The notes below the pieces were generated by a model that saw nothing but the letters and a program-made list of their open reading frames with translations, was not told the origin of the DNA and ran no database searches. This document shows, one piece after another, positions 19,101 to 26,778 of a DNA stretch of 64,000 nt. Positions within the stretch are counted from its first letter, which is position 1. Each line of letters opens with the position of its first letter. The stretch comes from Candidatus Faeciplasma sp. (GTDB lineage Bacteria > Bacillota > Clostridia > Oscillospirales > Ruminococcaceae). The DNA lies in assembly GCA_045660445.1 (NCBI GenBank), contig JAZRDR010000006.1, forward strand, positions 1,208 to 65,207. The letters are read 5' to 3'. A program made the translations under genes and the position numbers.

Positions 19101-20875
19101 ACTTCTGGGGAGAACGCATATAAGTTTGTGATATCAACGAATTCTTGAAGCTTATTGCTGGAGATAATACTATATGTTTTCTCTTCAAAAAATGGTGCAC
19201 AGAATCTGGATTTTGTGAGCCCTATTATAGTTTGCTGACTCCAATGGGTAGGTATCTTGGTGGTAGATATTAAATTATAAAGAAATTTCTCTCTATTTTC
19301 CTTTGACAGGATTTTATTAGCAATCCATATTTGATATCTTCTGTAGCTGCATCTACCAAACTTTTCAATGTGATTAAAGAACACATCATACTCCCCACGG
19401 CATGATATAAAGGCATTATCAAATTCTTTTTCGAAGCATATATCCTCAAAGATATCATATTTAAGGCGCACTCCATGTCCGTTTTCTATAAGAACACCTT
19501 CAGACACTAGTGCATTTAAAACTGCTTGATTAACGCTTTCTTTACTAACGCCCAAACTAAAGTTCTGTGCTCTGGCAAAGGTCAGATTCGTTACTTCTTG
19601 AGCAATTTCATTGAATGACAGCCTGTATTTAAGTGCTTTTTTTCTTAGGCATATGACATTTTCCCATATATACTCTCTGAGCGCATTTTCATCGGCTATG
19701 CTGGCGTAATCAGTTACATTACTGACTATTAAATTAATATAAAAGGGAATGGATATCAATGTACTATATGAATTGTCTTTGAGAAAAGCCTGAATAACGG
19801 GATACTTTTTAGCTATATGGTGTACTTCTTCTGCAGTTAAAGGTTCAATTAGAAACGGCATGACTGCATATTTTGAATCAATTTTAATAAATGACGTTTC
19901 ATCGCTACTTCTACAGCTGGTGATAATCTTTACGTTGGGATGTTCTTTTGCTAATTCATACAGTGATTGCAGCAAATCCAACTTGGTGCTGGGGGCATCT
20001 GAAATAAACTCTAAAGAATCAATAAAAAAGGTAATAGGTTTATCTTGCAAATAAAGCAAGGCATCCGCAATGCATAAATGCCAAATGTCATTTATGTCCG
20101 TTTCCTCGACAAATCTTTCAGCGCGAGCATATAATAGATATTGCTCATTCTCCACGACTTTTTTGCAAACTACCGATTTCCCACTGCCAGCCTCGCCACG
20201 AATGCTTATGAACTGTTGGTTAGCTTCTTTGATTTTCTTAATAACCGGTGTCCGATCTATTTCATATTCACCATTGATAAGACTTATAATGCTGTTTAAT
20301 CCGATCTCTTTACTATTATGAAACTGCTCGAGTAGCTTGCTTGATATTTCAGCTATTTTCGCGTCGTCTCCTTCTAATAATTCATATAGAGCTATTTGAA
20401 AATCCAATCTATTTTTTGCACGTGCTACGACATCTTGTGTCGTAATCAAATGATGAGCTTTTTCAAAATCAATGTTGCCAATTCTGTTTTTCCCAGTATA
20501 ATCTTTTACTCGATCAACACTGTCGTTATTTAAGACGAAAAAGAACACATTTTGCAGACTATCAAATCGCGGGTCTTTGCTGTCTCGGATTTTTTCTAGT
20601 GTAGATTTGATCTTACTAGACACATCTTGGACTGTACTTACCTGCACATAAACGGTACCATCCTCAGACTCAAGGTCAACATATGGGTAATTCGATCGTT
20701 TTTCATTTAAGTTATAGAATTTTTGACCAAACCAAAGCCCACAAACATTAATGGCAAACAATTCGAATAAAGTCGCAGTATCAAACAATCCGTTTTTGTT
20801 GGCTAACGTAATCTTTGCTTCATACGCAGACATATATTCATTGATATAGTCCATTCTTTCTGCCGAATTCATCAT
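16130..20875 (-). CDS. giant SMEK-like N-domain + P-loop (STAND/NACHT-like) NTPase + ~1,250-aa tail
   Basis: Uninterrupted 4.7-kb ORF. Walker A GEAGSGKS at nt 20174-20197 (aa 231-238 in track numbering) and Walker B-like ITFFIDSLEF (aa 285-294). The N-terminus reads GLFDTATLFELFAINVCGLWFG...NYPYVDLESEDGTVYVQVSTVQDVSSKIKSTLEKI. I moved the start to ATG 20875 (MMNSAER), which lies behind AAGGATGG. The track start is 20887. Confidence 0.85.
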   Translation of the reverse strand: MMNSAERMDYINEYMSAYEAKITLANKNGLFDTATLFELFAINVCGLWFGQKFYNLNEKRSNYPYVDLESEDGTVYVQVSTVQDVSSKIKSTLEKIRDSKDPRFDSLQNVFFFVLNNDSVDRVKDYTGKNRIGNIDFEKAHHLITTQDVVARAKNRLDFQIALYELLEGDDAKIAEISSKLLEQFHNSKEIGLNSIISLINGEYEIDRTPVIKKIKEANQQFISIRGEAGSGKSVVCKKVVENEQYLLYARAERFVEETDINDIWHLCIADALLYLQDKPITFFIDSLEFISDAPSTKLDLLQSLYELAKEHPNVKIITSCRSSDETSFIKIDSKYAVMPFLIEPLTAEEVHHIAKKYPVIQAFLKDNSYSTLISIPFYINLIVSNVTDYASIADENALREYIWENVICLRKKALKYRLSFNEIAQEVTNLTFARAQNFSLGVSKESVNQAVLNALVSEGVLIENGHGVRLKYDIFEDICFEKEFDNAFISCRGEYDVFFNHIEKFGRCSYRRYQIWIANKILSKENREKFLYNLISTTKIPTHWSQQTIIGLTKSRFCAPFFEEKTYSIISSNKLQEFVDITNLYAFSPEVWGTDTAPCLLLHPIGEGRDALIKIIYEQNVYTTSDINMDSIIKLCSDYAKSTNKVAYTANIASKILQHFITIGLDIQNIHRHDIKEIATRLLYPIYQMAEFSKDWIVSFWNQQTEAFLSEERDKQSVAEELLEYTLKFTTWQLAKYLPDELCNIADVFWTTKLNNYSFSYGNGLDSNCYHYGLNRLAEDYEHSSQSSDDYRFFPNLIDQNFWKGLYWAIGFNNKCISHFATNHPTEIKEVTLILLDKNEEKKLLANRDMWFAGVDEYRFPALLSDIVYLLRTKILRIINSGIHQNIDITEFANSIKATIFQKTNNISMLSIIEDVGCQFEKELPGYALDLATCMEIIIWDIERFSHLNPGAISQKLEEQILQIVGVPNLKQRYPENASIKYILREYVAKMQFIAGTQKTCHRLLDYLYGLYPNNEQHAQSHLQIQQMDFRNPNIEQVDDKTVAITPRVSGLAKEIVDTHSAILTPEKEIQKIVSDFTNNVNPEDYSESEILTYLDAFQTALDATENSFAYTGYFLLLVTYALNKPDLESKRRDAYCNFWADGIEDIFNNGSFLFDDGLLYILFRQIDSNASQEVRNRIKRLILQIIMDRGINGRIYSFRRIAKSFIKVTPNIQTAIINTVIALSKDEMQHQLFSFNYVMNNTDTQSFDFVHNSDFKFRRVDHMIQQSGKPGYVSCKDQIIEKHLYSEEVYNLTEFIADDYDLYTLGSIVDCGINIQNPFHYSIVQSLVRNIITILNTKDSYHSRVERLDTYTFRMVIDYLGEELFDNTELTLNILFDDIDFTKFSRDAVDFYLDVFGALLPGYVDAYKTPLRRKQCEITLSAIEERINAINCADWVRRELYRALILSVRGFEGDWSNVTTSYSYSDIQFLNTMFGRYGKYNFNYFMLTVYKMKLEKLLPNILPSIATTVTEFTTSYFNASHLEDTRWILNRLILLAYLKFSDKIKQDAELTIAYEKTLETLISLRFENAAVLLDEFRVH

Positions 20876-20895
20876 AATCAACACCATCCTTTATC

Positions 20896-20924
20896 TTTAT
20901 AAATGATTTTAATCACAGATTCAA
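20896..20924 (-). promoter_or_regulatory. sigma-A-type promoter for the giant NTPase gene
   Basis: On the minus strand: TTGAAT, 17-nt spacer, TATAAA, about 20 nt upstream of the start region. Confidence 0.5.
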
Positions 20925-21399
20925 TTCTTTTTTCTTCCGATAGAAGGTATCTAGCTTCATCAATAATGTCGGACTTGCAGCCTTTGTATTTGCACTCGGC
21001 ATTTGCAATCTTGATCCCCTCGCACTGACAATCAATGATGCTTCACGTTCCAGTTCTGCCAAATCTCCGAAAACAGTGAGCATAAATCAGTAGTTAGTAT
21101 GCATCGATGTTCTTCTACAAGCTGATAAACTCTACTTCCTTTTCTGTCAAGCAGAAAATCACAGACAACTGATCTCTGGTGTTTCTTGCAATCCAGGAGA
21201 CGCTCTCTACGATTACAATGTCACCTGCACGAACGAAAGTTATCAAAGTTTTAGAAGCATTGCGATCAACATTCTTGTCATTGCCATATCGATAAATTTC
21301 CTACAGTCTTTTGTTCTTCTATCATCGTTAACTGGCCAACTTCGTTCTGCTCAGCGGTGGAACAGCGGACACATTAGTCTTTTGAGAGATAACACCCAT
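20900..21399 (-). pseudogene. small serine recombinase (resolvase/invertase) pseudogene
   Basis: Minus-strand frames give RCSTAEQNEVGQL, GNDKNVDRNASKTLITFVRAGDIVIVESVSWIARNTRDQL and GIKIANAECKYKGCKS. These are resolvase motifs in the right order but broken by at least 2 frameshifts and several stops. Confidence 0.65.
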
Positions 21400-21650
21400 T
21401 CAAATCTGATATTATTATACTAAATACAACGGCATATTTCAACAAACTATACATTTATTTTGCAATATTCAAAATGCGAGATGTGATTCATTTTTTTGCA
21501 CAAGCTTATGTGTTTGAGAGCTCTATTGAAAACTTCTTTTATAAATCAATGAACTTTTCAATAAATCCTTGATTTTTTAAGTTTATTGATGTATAATTCC
21601 TATTGAAAGGTTATATGATAAATCAAGAAAGTTTTCAATGGGAGGTCGCT

Positions 21651-22952
21651 ATGGAAATCAAACGTGATCGGTATTTACAGCAACTCATCTCATATATGTG
21701 GGATGGGCAGGTAAAAGTTATCACCGGTATTCGCAGATGTGGGAAATCATATTTGCTTGGCACTTTGTTCCGCAAGTATTTGATCAGTGAAGGTGTCAAA
21801 GAAGAACAAATTCTTTCATTCGCGTTGGACTTGACTAAAGATATAAAATACCGCAATCCTCTTGCACTTGCTGAATATGTAAGAGGAATCGTCGAGAATA
21901 AAGACGAGCAGTTTTATCTGTTTGTGGATGAAATTCAGTTATCCGACGAAATTCCCAACCCCTATAATAGTGACGGCAAAAAGATCACTTTCTACGATGC
22001 ACTAAACGATCTTCGCTCGTTATCCAACTTGGATATCTATGTAACCGGAAGCAACTCCAAAATGCTTTCTTCCGATATACTGACTGAGTTCAGAGGCCGC
22101 AGTGACGAAGTTCGTGTGCATCCACTTAATTTTTCTGAATACTATTCAGCCATTGGCGGTGATAAATACGATGCATTTGACAGCTACGCTTTCTTTGGCG
22201 GTATGCCGCTTGTACTCTCCCGTCCAAATGATGCCGCTAAGATGGCTTACCTGCAATCACTATTTGCTGAAACTTATTTGAAGGATATCATTGAGCGAAA
22301 GAAGATTAGACGAAAGGATATTCTCGATGCCGTTCTTGATCTGCTCTGCTCTTCTGTCGGATCTCTCACCAATCCCACCAATGTGGCCAATAGTTTGAAT
22401 ACCAAGCAAAAGCTTAGCGGCGAAAATACCGTAGCGCAAAATACCGTGAAAAGTTATATGGACTACTTGACAGATGCATTCCTTTTCAGTGAATGCAAGC
22501 GTTGGGATGTTAAAGGAAAGAGCTATTTCGATTATCCCAACAAGTATTATTGCGAGGATATAGGACTGAGAAATGCACGTATCGGATTCCGTCAGCAGGA
22601 AATGACTCACATCATGGAAAACATCATTTACAACGAGCTTATAATTCGTGGCTGTGCAGTTGATGTCGGTATTGTATACGGTAATGGTACCGATAAAAAA
22701 GGTCGTACTGTCCAAGTACCGCGAGAAATTGATTTCGTTGCGACCATTGGTGGAAAGCGAGTATATATCCAGTCTGCATATGCACTTCCAGATGATGCAA
22801 AAGCTGAAATCGAGAACCGACCTTTCGGTTTGACCGGTGACTCTTTCCCGAAAATTATCGTCCGTCATGACATTCGTAAGAGGTGGTATGATGATAACGG
22901 TGTATTGAATATCGGAATCATCGATTTCCTCTTGGATCAAACCGTTGTTTGA
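21651..22952 (+). CDS. AAA+ ATPase with DUF4143 C-terminal domain
   Basis: Start moved to ATG 21651 (MEIKRDRYLQQL), 6 nt after GGGAGG. Walker A GIRRCGKS and Walker B LFVDEIQ. The fold pattern is typical of the AAA_14/DUF4143 family. Confidence 0.85.
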   Translation: MEIKRDRYLQQLISYMWDGQVKVITGIRRCGKSYLLGTLFRKYLISEGVKEEQILSFALDLTKDIKYRNPLALAEYVRGIVENKDEQFYLFVDEIQLSDEIPNPYNSDGKKITFYDALNDLRSLSNLDIYVTGSNSKMLSSDILTEFRGRSDEVRVHPLNFSEYYSAIGGDKYDAFDSYAFFGGMPLVLSRPNDAAKMAYLQSLFAETYLKDIIERKKIRRKDILDAVLDLLCSSVGSLTNPTNVANSLNTKQKLSGENTVAQNTVKSYMDYLTDAFLFSECKRWDVKGKSYFDYPNKYYCEDIGLRNARIGFRQQEMTHIMENIIYNELIIRGCAVDVGIVYGNGTDKKGRTVQVPREIDFVATIGGKRVYIQSAYALPDDAKAEIENRPFGLTGDSFPKIIVRHDIRKRWYDDNGVLNIGIIDFLLDQTVV

Positions 22953-23229
22953 TTTTAAAAAAGCAAATGCCTACAGTTGACAAATGGTCTTTAAGGTTGC
23001 TTGGTACTGCGAGCATTTATTTAGGTAATAGCTACCTGCGGGAAATATCTTTTCCGTATGGGATCGACAAATGAAACGCATACTACTTTTTCATATAATC
23101 TTTTCGGGATATAAAAAGCCGCAAGCTTTTGTTATACCTGTTATACTGTTATGTTTCTTCAAACTCTTGCCCGCCTTTTCAAATACATTTGATTTTATGG
23201 AAAATAAAACAATTTTCAGAAATCTGCCA

Positions 23230-23258
23230 TTGACTGAATCTGCAATTGCATATATACT
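23230..23258 (+). promoter_or_regulatory. sigma-A-type promoter
   Basis: TTGACT, 17-nt spacer, TATACT, about 30 nt upstream of ATG 23291. Confidence 0.5.
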
Positions 23259-23290
23259 AAATTACAGAAGCATCGAAAAGGGGGCGTAAT

Positions 23291-24331
23291 ATGATATCAT
23301 ATTCAAGAGTAGGCAACACATTTAAATTCAACGATGATAATGAGACGTTTTCATTCACAATACCAAAGCATCCCAAGCAGACCGATGAACCTCATATTAG
23401 CCCTTTGCGAGCTATGGATTTTTTAGATTCAGGTCCCTCATCGTCAAAAAGCGGGAGATACATCGCTTTAGCTAAGTTTGACAAGATATATGTTTTTGAC
23501 CGACAGACAAATTCGCTCACTGAATCGAAATTTAAGATGAAATCTTATATTTTCGAAAGCCCAAGGTTTGATGAGCAGGATCGCATATATTTTATCTGCG
23601 GGAATTCAATTTTTCGCTGGGTAATTGGAGAAAAAGAAGCTAAGACCCTTTACAATCTTTACAGAGCTACTCATGGTCCTTCCGACATCGGAACAAGTCC
23701 AAGCGGAAGATACGTGTCATTCTTAAAATATCGCAATGACTCGCAGTATCTCTATGTATATGATACGGTAACTGAGGGGTGTCGCGATTACAAAACCTCC
23801 GTGTACCACTATGCTTGGCTGGACGAAACTCACATCGTATATACAAAATCCGAAGGAATCATAGTTTTAGACATTGAAACCGGAAAAAGCAAGCATATCA
23901 TTAAAGATCTCGCAGCTCTTGCTAAAAGAAGTAGCCAAGAAGACGCAGACTTAATTAGAGAATTAATCGTTGACCCGAAGTTTTTATCCAAAACTTTTTC
24001 TATTTTGGGTGTGCGCGACGGAAGAATTTGGTTTTCTCTTTGGGCTTGCGATTTTAAAAAGAGTGTTAAAATTTCCGTTCCGATTCTCAATATGATAACT
24101 AAAAATCATTTAGAGCACTTGGGCATTTGGAGCGTTAATTCCGACGGTTCAGATGCACAATATGCCTTTGAAGCTCCTGACAAAATCAGAGGCAGATTTG
24201 TCGCTCTGACTGACGATAAAAGAATCGCATTTTCCAGCAAACACACCTTGACAATTTATGACCGTGAATCAAAAATAAAGCTTGAAGAAGACTGGAGCAT
24301 CGTTCGTTGCTATGAAGCTTCAAGCCGATAA
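23291..24331 (+). CDS. cytoplasmic protein with TolB/DPP-IV-like beta-propeller repeats, unknown function
   Basis: 346 aa with no signal peptide. Repeated motifs of the type SPSGRYVSFLKYRNDSQYLYVYD and SGRYIALAKFDKIYVFD. Confidence 0.65.
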   Translation: MISYSRVGNTFKFNDDNETFSFTIPKHPKQTDEPHISPLRAMDFLDSGPSSSKSGRYIALAKFDKIYVFDRQTNSLTESKFKMKSYIFESPRFDEQDRIYFICGNSIFRWVIGEKEAKTLYNLYRATHGPSDIGTSPSGRYVSFLKYRNDSQYLYVYDTVTEGCRDYKTSVYHYAWLDETHIVYTKSEGIIVLDIETGKSKHIIKDLAALAKRSSQEDADLIRELIVDPKFLSKTFSILGVRDGRIWFSLWACDFKKSVKISVPILNMITKNHLEHLGIWSVNSDGSDAQYAFEAPDKIRGRFVALTDDKRIAFSSKHTLTIYDRESKIKLEEDWSIVRCYEASSR

Positions 24332-24341
24332 AAATATACAA

Positions 24342-24365
24342 AACAGTATCCTTTCGGGTGCTGTT
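24342..24365. terminator. terminator hairpin, near-identical flipped copy of the one at 31326-31349
   Basis: AACAGTATCC-tttc-GGGTGCTGTT with flanking A and T runs. Confidence 0.6.
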
Positions 24366-24367
24366 TT

Positions 24368-24470
24368 TCACTGCTTTTCAATCTCGGGTATTATAATACC
24401 CTTGCCTCTTTCATGTTTAGTTTTGTAAGATATCCTTTCAGTATCTTATCACCAAACATTATCACAACCT
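24368..24470 (-). pseudogene. 3-prime fragment of a paralogue of the GH gene at 31365-32846
   Basis: Minus-strand reading gives DTERISYKTKHERGKGIIIPEIEKQ*, compared with ..VVYDKTGNHYGIGKGIIISEI* for the intact gene. 34 of 37 nt are identical between 24371-24407 and 31359-31395. Confidence 0.5.
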
Positions 24471-24491
24471 CTGTGACAAGCCAAAAACAAG

Positions 24492-24527
24492 GGCCTCCCC
24501 CGATACTTGCAGTATCAAGGGAGGCCT
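24492..24527 (-). terminator. terminator of the sigma/anti-sigma operon
   Basis: GGCCTCCC..GATACTtgcAGTATC..GGGAGGCC, with a T-run on the minus strand. Confidence 0.6.
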
Positions 24528-24566
24528 GTTTATATAAACTCTGATCAGATCGCCGAGTTTTATTCT

Positions 24567-26201
24567 TTAATCATCGCGTTCCTTCTCGCTCTTCAAAACC
24601 TTGCCGGTCTCGGCATCGATCTCGTATTCGTAATCATATCCGCCTGCCGAGAACTCGACATCGTAATGATCCTTTTCAAAGATGCCTTCTGCACCGTCAA
24701 ACTCGCATTCAAGACCTCTTGCATCGGAAGCGCTTACGCCTGCATGCTCAAGTGCGGCAGCATTTGCGGCATCCTTGCCGATAAATTCAGCATTCTGCGA
24801 GGAAGAGGGCTTATCGTTGTTTTCGAATACGTTTTCTATTCCGTCGAAGATGTTGTCATCGTCAAACTTCTTGGAATGTCTTACAACTGCACCGGTCTTT
24901 GCATTGATCTCATAATCATAGTCGTATTGTCCTACCTCGAAGTCGATCTCGTAAACCGCCAAGCCGTCTTCGTGGTCGAACTCGCACTCAAATTCTCTTA
25001 CGTCGCTATCGTTAACTCCTGCGTGTGCAACAGCAGCGGCTCTTGCCTCTTCATAGGTGATATAAGCGGTGGATTCAGTTTTGTTGCTATCAGGCTTGGA
25101 GTTGCCGTTTTGCTCGGTGCTGCTGCCCTGCTGAGCATTTTCGTTTGTAGAGGACTGAGCGTTATTATTATTGTTATTATTGTTATTATTGTTATTATCG
25201 TTATTGTACTTATAATAATCATCGTCGCGCTCGCGAACGTTGTTTATAACACTGCCATCTGTTGCGTTTACGTCGTAATCATACTCGTAACCGTTTGCAT
25301 GGAACTCGATCTCATAAACCATTGTGCCGCGTTCATAGTCAAGCTCGCATTCATAACCGCGAATGTCAGCCTCTGTAACACCTGCATGATCAAGTGCCGC
25401 CTGCTTTGCAACCTCTGCTCCGATATATTTCTTATCGCTGGCAGAACCTGTAGAGGTTACGTTTTCAAGGGTGGTACCGTTTGAGGTAGAGATAAGATTA
25501 AGCTCGTTGATTGAAAGCTTTGCCAAATCCTCGAAGGTATAGTGGGTGTTCTGAGAAGTGATCTGTCTTATAAGCTGTGCCTTGCCTGCGGTGATGCCAT
25601 ATTGCTGGGCAAGAGTGTCAAGCTCGGTGTCGTGATTAACTGTCTGGCTTAAAACAGAGCCGCTAAAGCTATCGGTATTCAACAACTTGTCGATCTCTTG
25701 CGCAAGTCTTGCCTGAAGCTCTTCGTTCTTTGCAAAGTCGTCGCCGTCAACACTTATAAGGATCGAGTTTGCAAGGTCGTTTAAATAACCTTCTCTTAAC
25801 ATCGAGCCGATAAGTGCGTTGATAACCACGTCGATGTCGCTTCCTTTAAAGTCCATCTCGCCGATGACCTTAACGCCATCGTCGTTGAGAGGGATAACTT
25901 CCAAAACTCTTTCGTTTCTGTTTACTTTTATTTCAATGCTGGGGTTAACATCAAGTGATACAACTGATGCAACCGAGTTGTTAGAGCTGACAGTTGTAAT
26001 TCCAACGCCCAAGCCCAAGATCAGTACGATAGCAGCCGCAACAGCAACCGCTCTTTTTGCCCAATGAGGTCTTCTTTCAATCATCATAATGCTTTGTCCT
26101 TTCATATTCTCGCAATCGCGAAGAACCGTATCAAGGACGTTTGGGGTGGCATTTTTGAACGCTTTGTTGATTTTTCTTTCTAAATCGTTATTATAAGTCA
26201 T
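24567..26201 (-). CDS. anti-sigma factor with one TM segment and three PepSY domains
   Basis: 544 aa. N-terminal anti-sigma segment, TM helix (AVAVAAAIVLILGLGVGITTV) and three repeats of the type AALDHAGVTEADIRGYECELDYERGTMVYEIEF. Its start overlaps the stop of the sigma gene. Confidence 0.8.
   Translation of the reverse strand: MTYNNDLERKINKAFKNATPNVLDTVLRDCENMKGQSIMMIERRPHWAKRAVAVAAAIVLILGLGVGITTVSSNNSVASVVSLDVNPSIEIKVNRNERVLEVIPLNDDGVKVIGEMDFKGSDIDVVINALIGSMLREGYLNDLANSILISVDGDDFAKNEELQARLAQEIDKLLNTDSFSGSVLSQTVNHDTELDTLAQQYGITAGKAQLIRQITSQNTHYTFEDLAKLSINELNLISTSNGTTLENVTSTGSASDKKYIGAEVAKQAALDHAGVTEADIRGYECELDYERGTMVYEIEFHANGYEYDYDVNATDGSVINNVRERDDDYYKYNNDNNNNNNNNNNNNAQSSTNENAQQGSSTEQNGNSKPDSNKTESTAYITYEEARAAAVAHAGVNDSDVREFECEFDHEDGLAVYEIDFEVGQYDYDYEINAKTGAVVRHSKKFDDDNIFDGIENVFENNDKPSSSQNAEFIGKDAANAAALEHAGVSASDARGLECEFDGAEGIFEKDHYDVEFSAGGYDYEYEIDAETGKVLKSEKERDD
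25161..25206. repeat. 9-bp microsatellite (GTTATTATT)n encoding a poly-Asn tract
   Basis: gttattatt att gttattatt gttattatt gttattatc gttattg. On the minus strand this encodes the 13-residue Asn run (NNDN13 in context) between PepSY repeats. Confidence 0.8.
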
Positions 26202-26778
26202 TGCTCGGTTCTCCTTTCTCTAAATGTGCCCTTAACTTCTTAATTGCGCGATTATATTTTGAAAGAACTGTCGCAAGTGCCATGTCCATGTGAGATGCTA
26301 TCTCTCTGTGCTTAAAGCCTGCCACTGCATGAAGCAGAACTATCTGCCTTTCGTCGTCGTTTAAAACTGTCATGCATTGCTCTATAATAACCTTGTCGTT
26401 AACTGTCATTTCGTGGCAGTCGGAAATATAGTTCTGCCAATCCTCCTCGGGAATGTCCGAGGTTTTGTTTCTCTCTCTTATCTTTTGCAGGCAGAGGTTT
26501 TTGGTGATCGTAAGTATCCAGGCCATCGGTTTTCCAAAGGAACGGTAGTTTTGAGCGTTAGCATGGATATTAACGAAACAGTCGTGCAATACATCTTCGG
26601 CATCGTGCGAGTTTTTCAAAATAGACAGGGCGTAACCGTATACAGCCGCGCTTGCATTACGGTAGAGATCGGAAAGTGCCTCCTTGTTGCCATTGGCTAT
26701 ACAAGCTATATATCTTTCCAAGGCTTCTTCGCTTCCCATATCCATGATTTTCATTGTTGACGTCAAACAGATAATCAT
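26191..26778 (-). CDS. ECF-type sigma-70 family RNA polymerase sigma factor
   Basis: Region 2 (DAEDVLHDCFVNI) and region 4 (QIVLLHAVAGFKHREIASHMDMALATVLSKYNRAIKKLR). I chose the start at ATG 26778, behind AAAGGGG. The track start is 26820. Confidence 0.85.
   Translation of the reverse strand: MIICLTSTMKIMDMGSEEALERYIACIANGNKEALSDLYRNASAAVYGYALSILKNSHDAEDVLHDCFVNIHANAQNYRSFGKPMAWILTITKNLCLQKIRERNKTSDIPEEDWQNYISDCHEMTVNDKVIIEQCMTVLNDDERQIVLLHAVAGFKHREIASHMDMALATVLSKYNRAIKKLRAHLEKGEPSNDL

Noticed and set aside
22260-22940. 226-aa minus-strand ORF.
   Set aside because: It is antisense inside the AAA+/DUF4143 gene. It has no motifs and no RBS.
24507-25484. 325-aa plus-strand ORF, with 24682-24915 and 24998-25222 nearby.
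   Set aside because: It is entirely antisense to the well-supported PepSY anti-sigma gene. Its low-complexity I/V/L-rich translation is produced by the repeat and Asn-codon complement, and it has no RBS.
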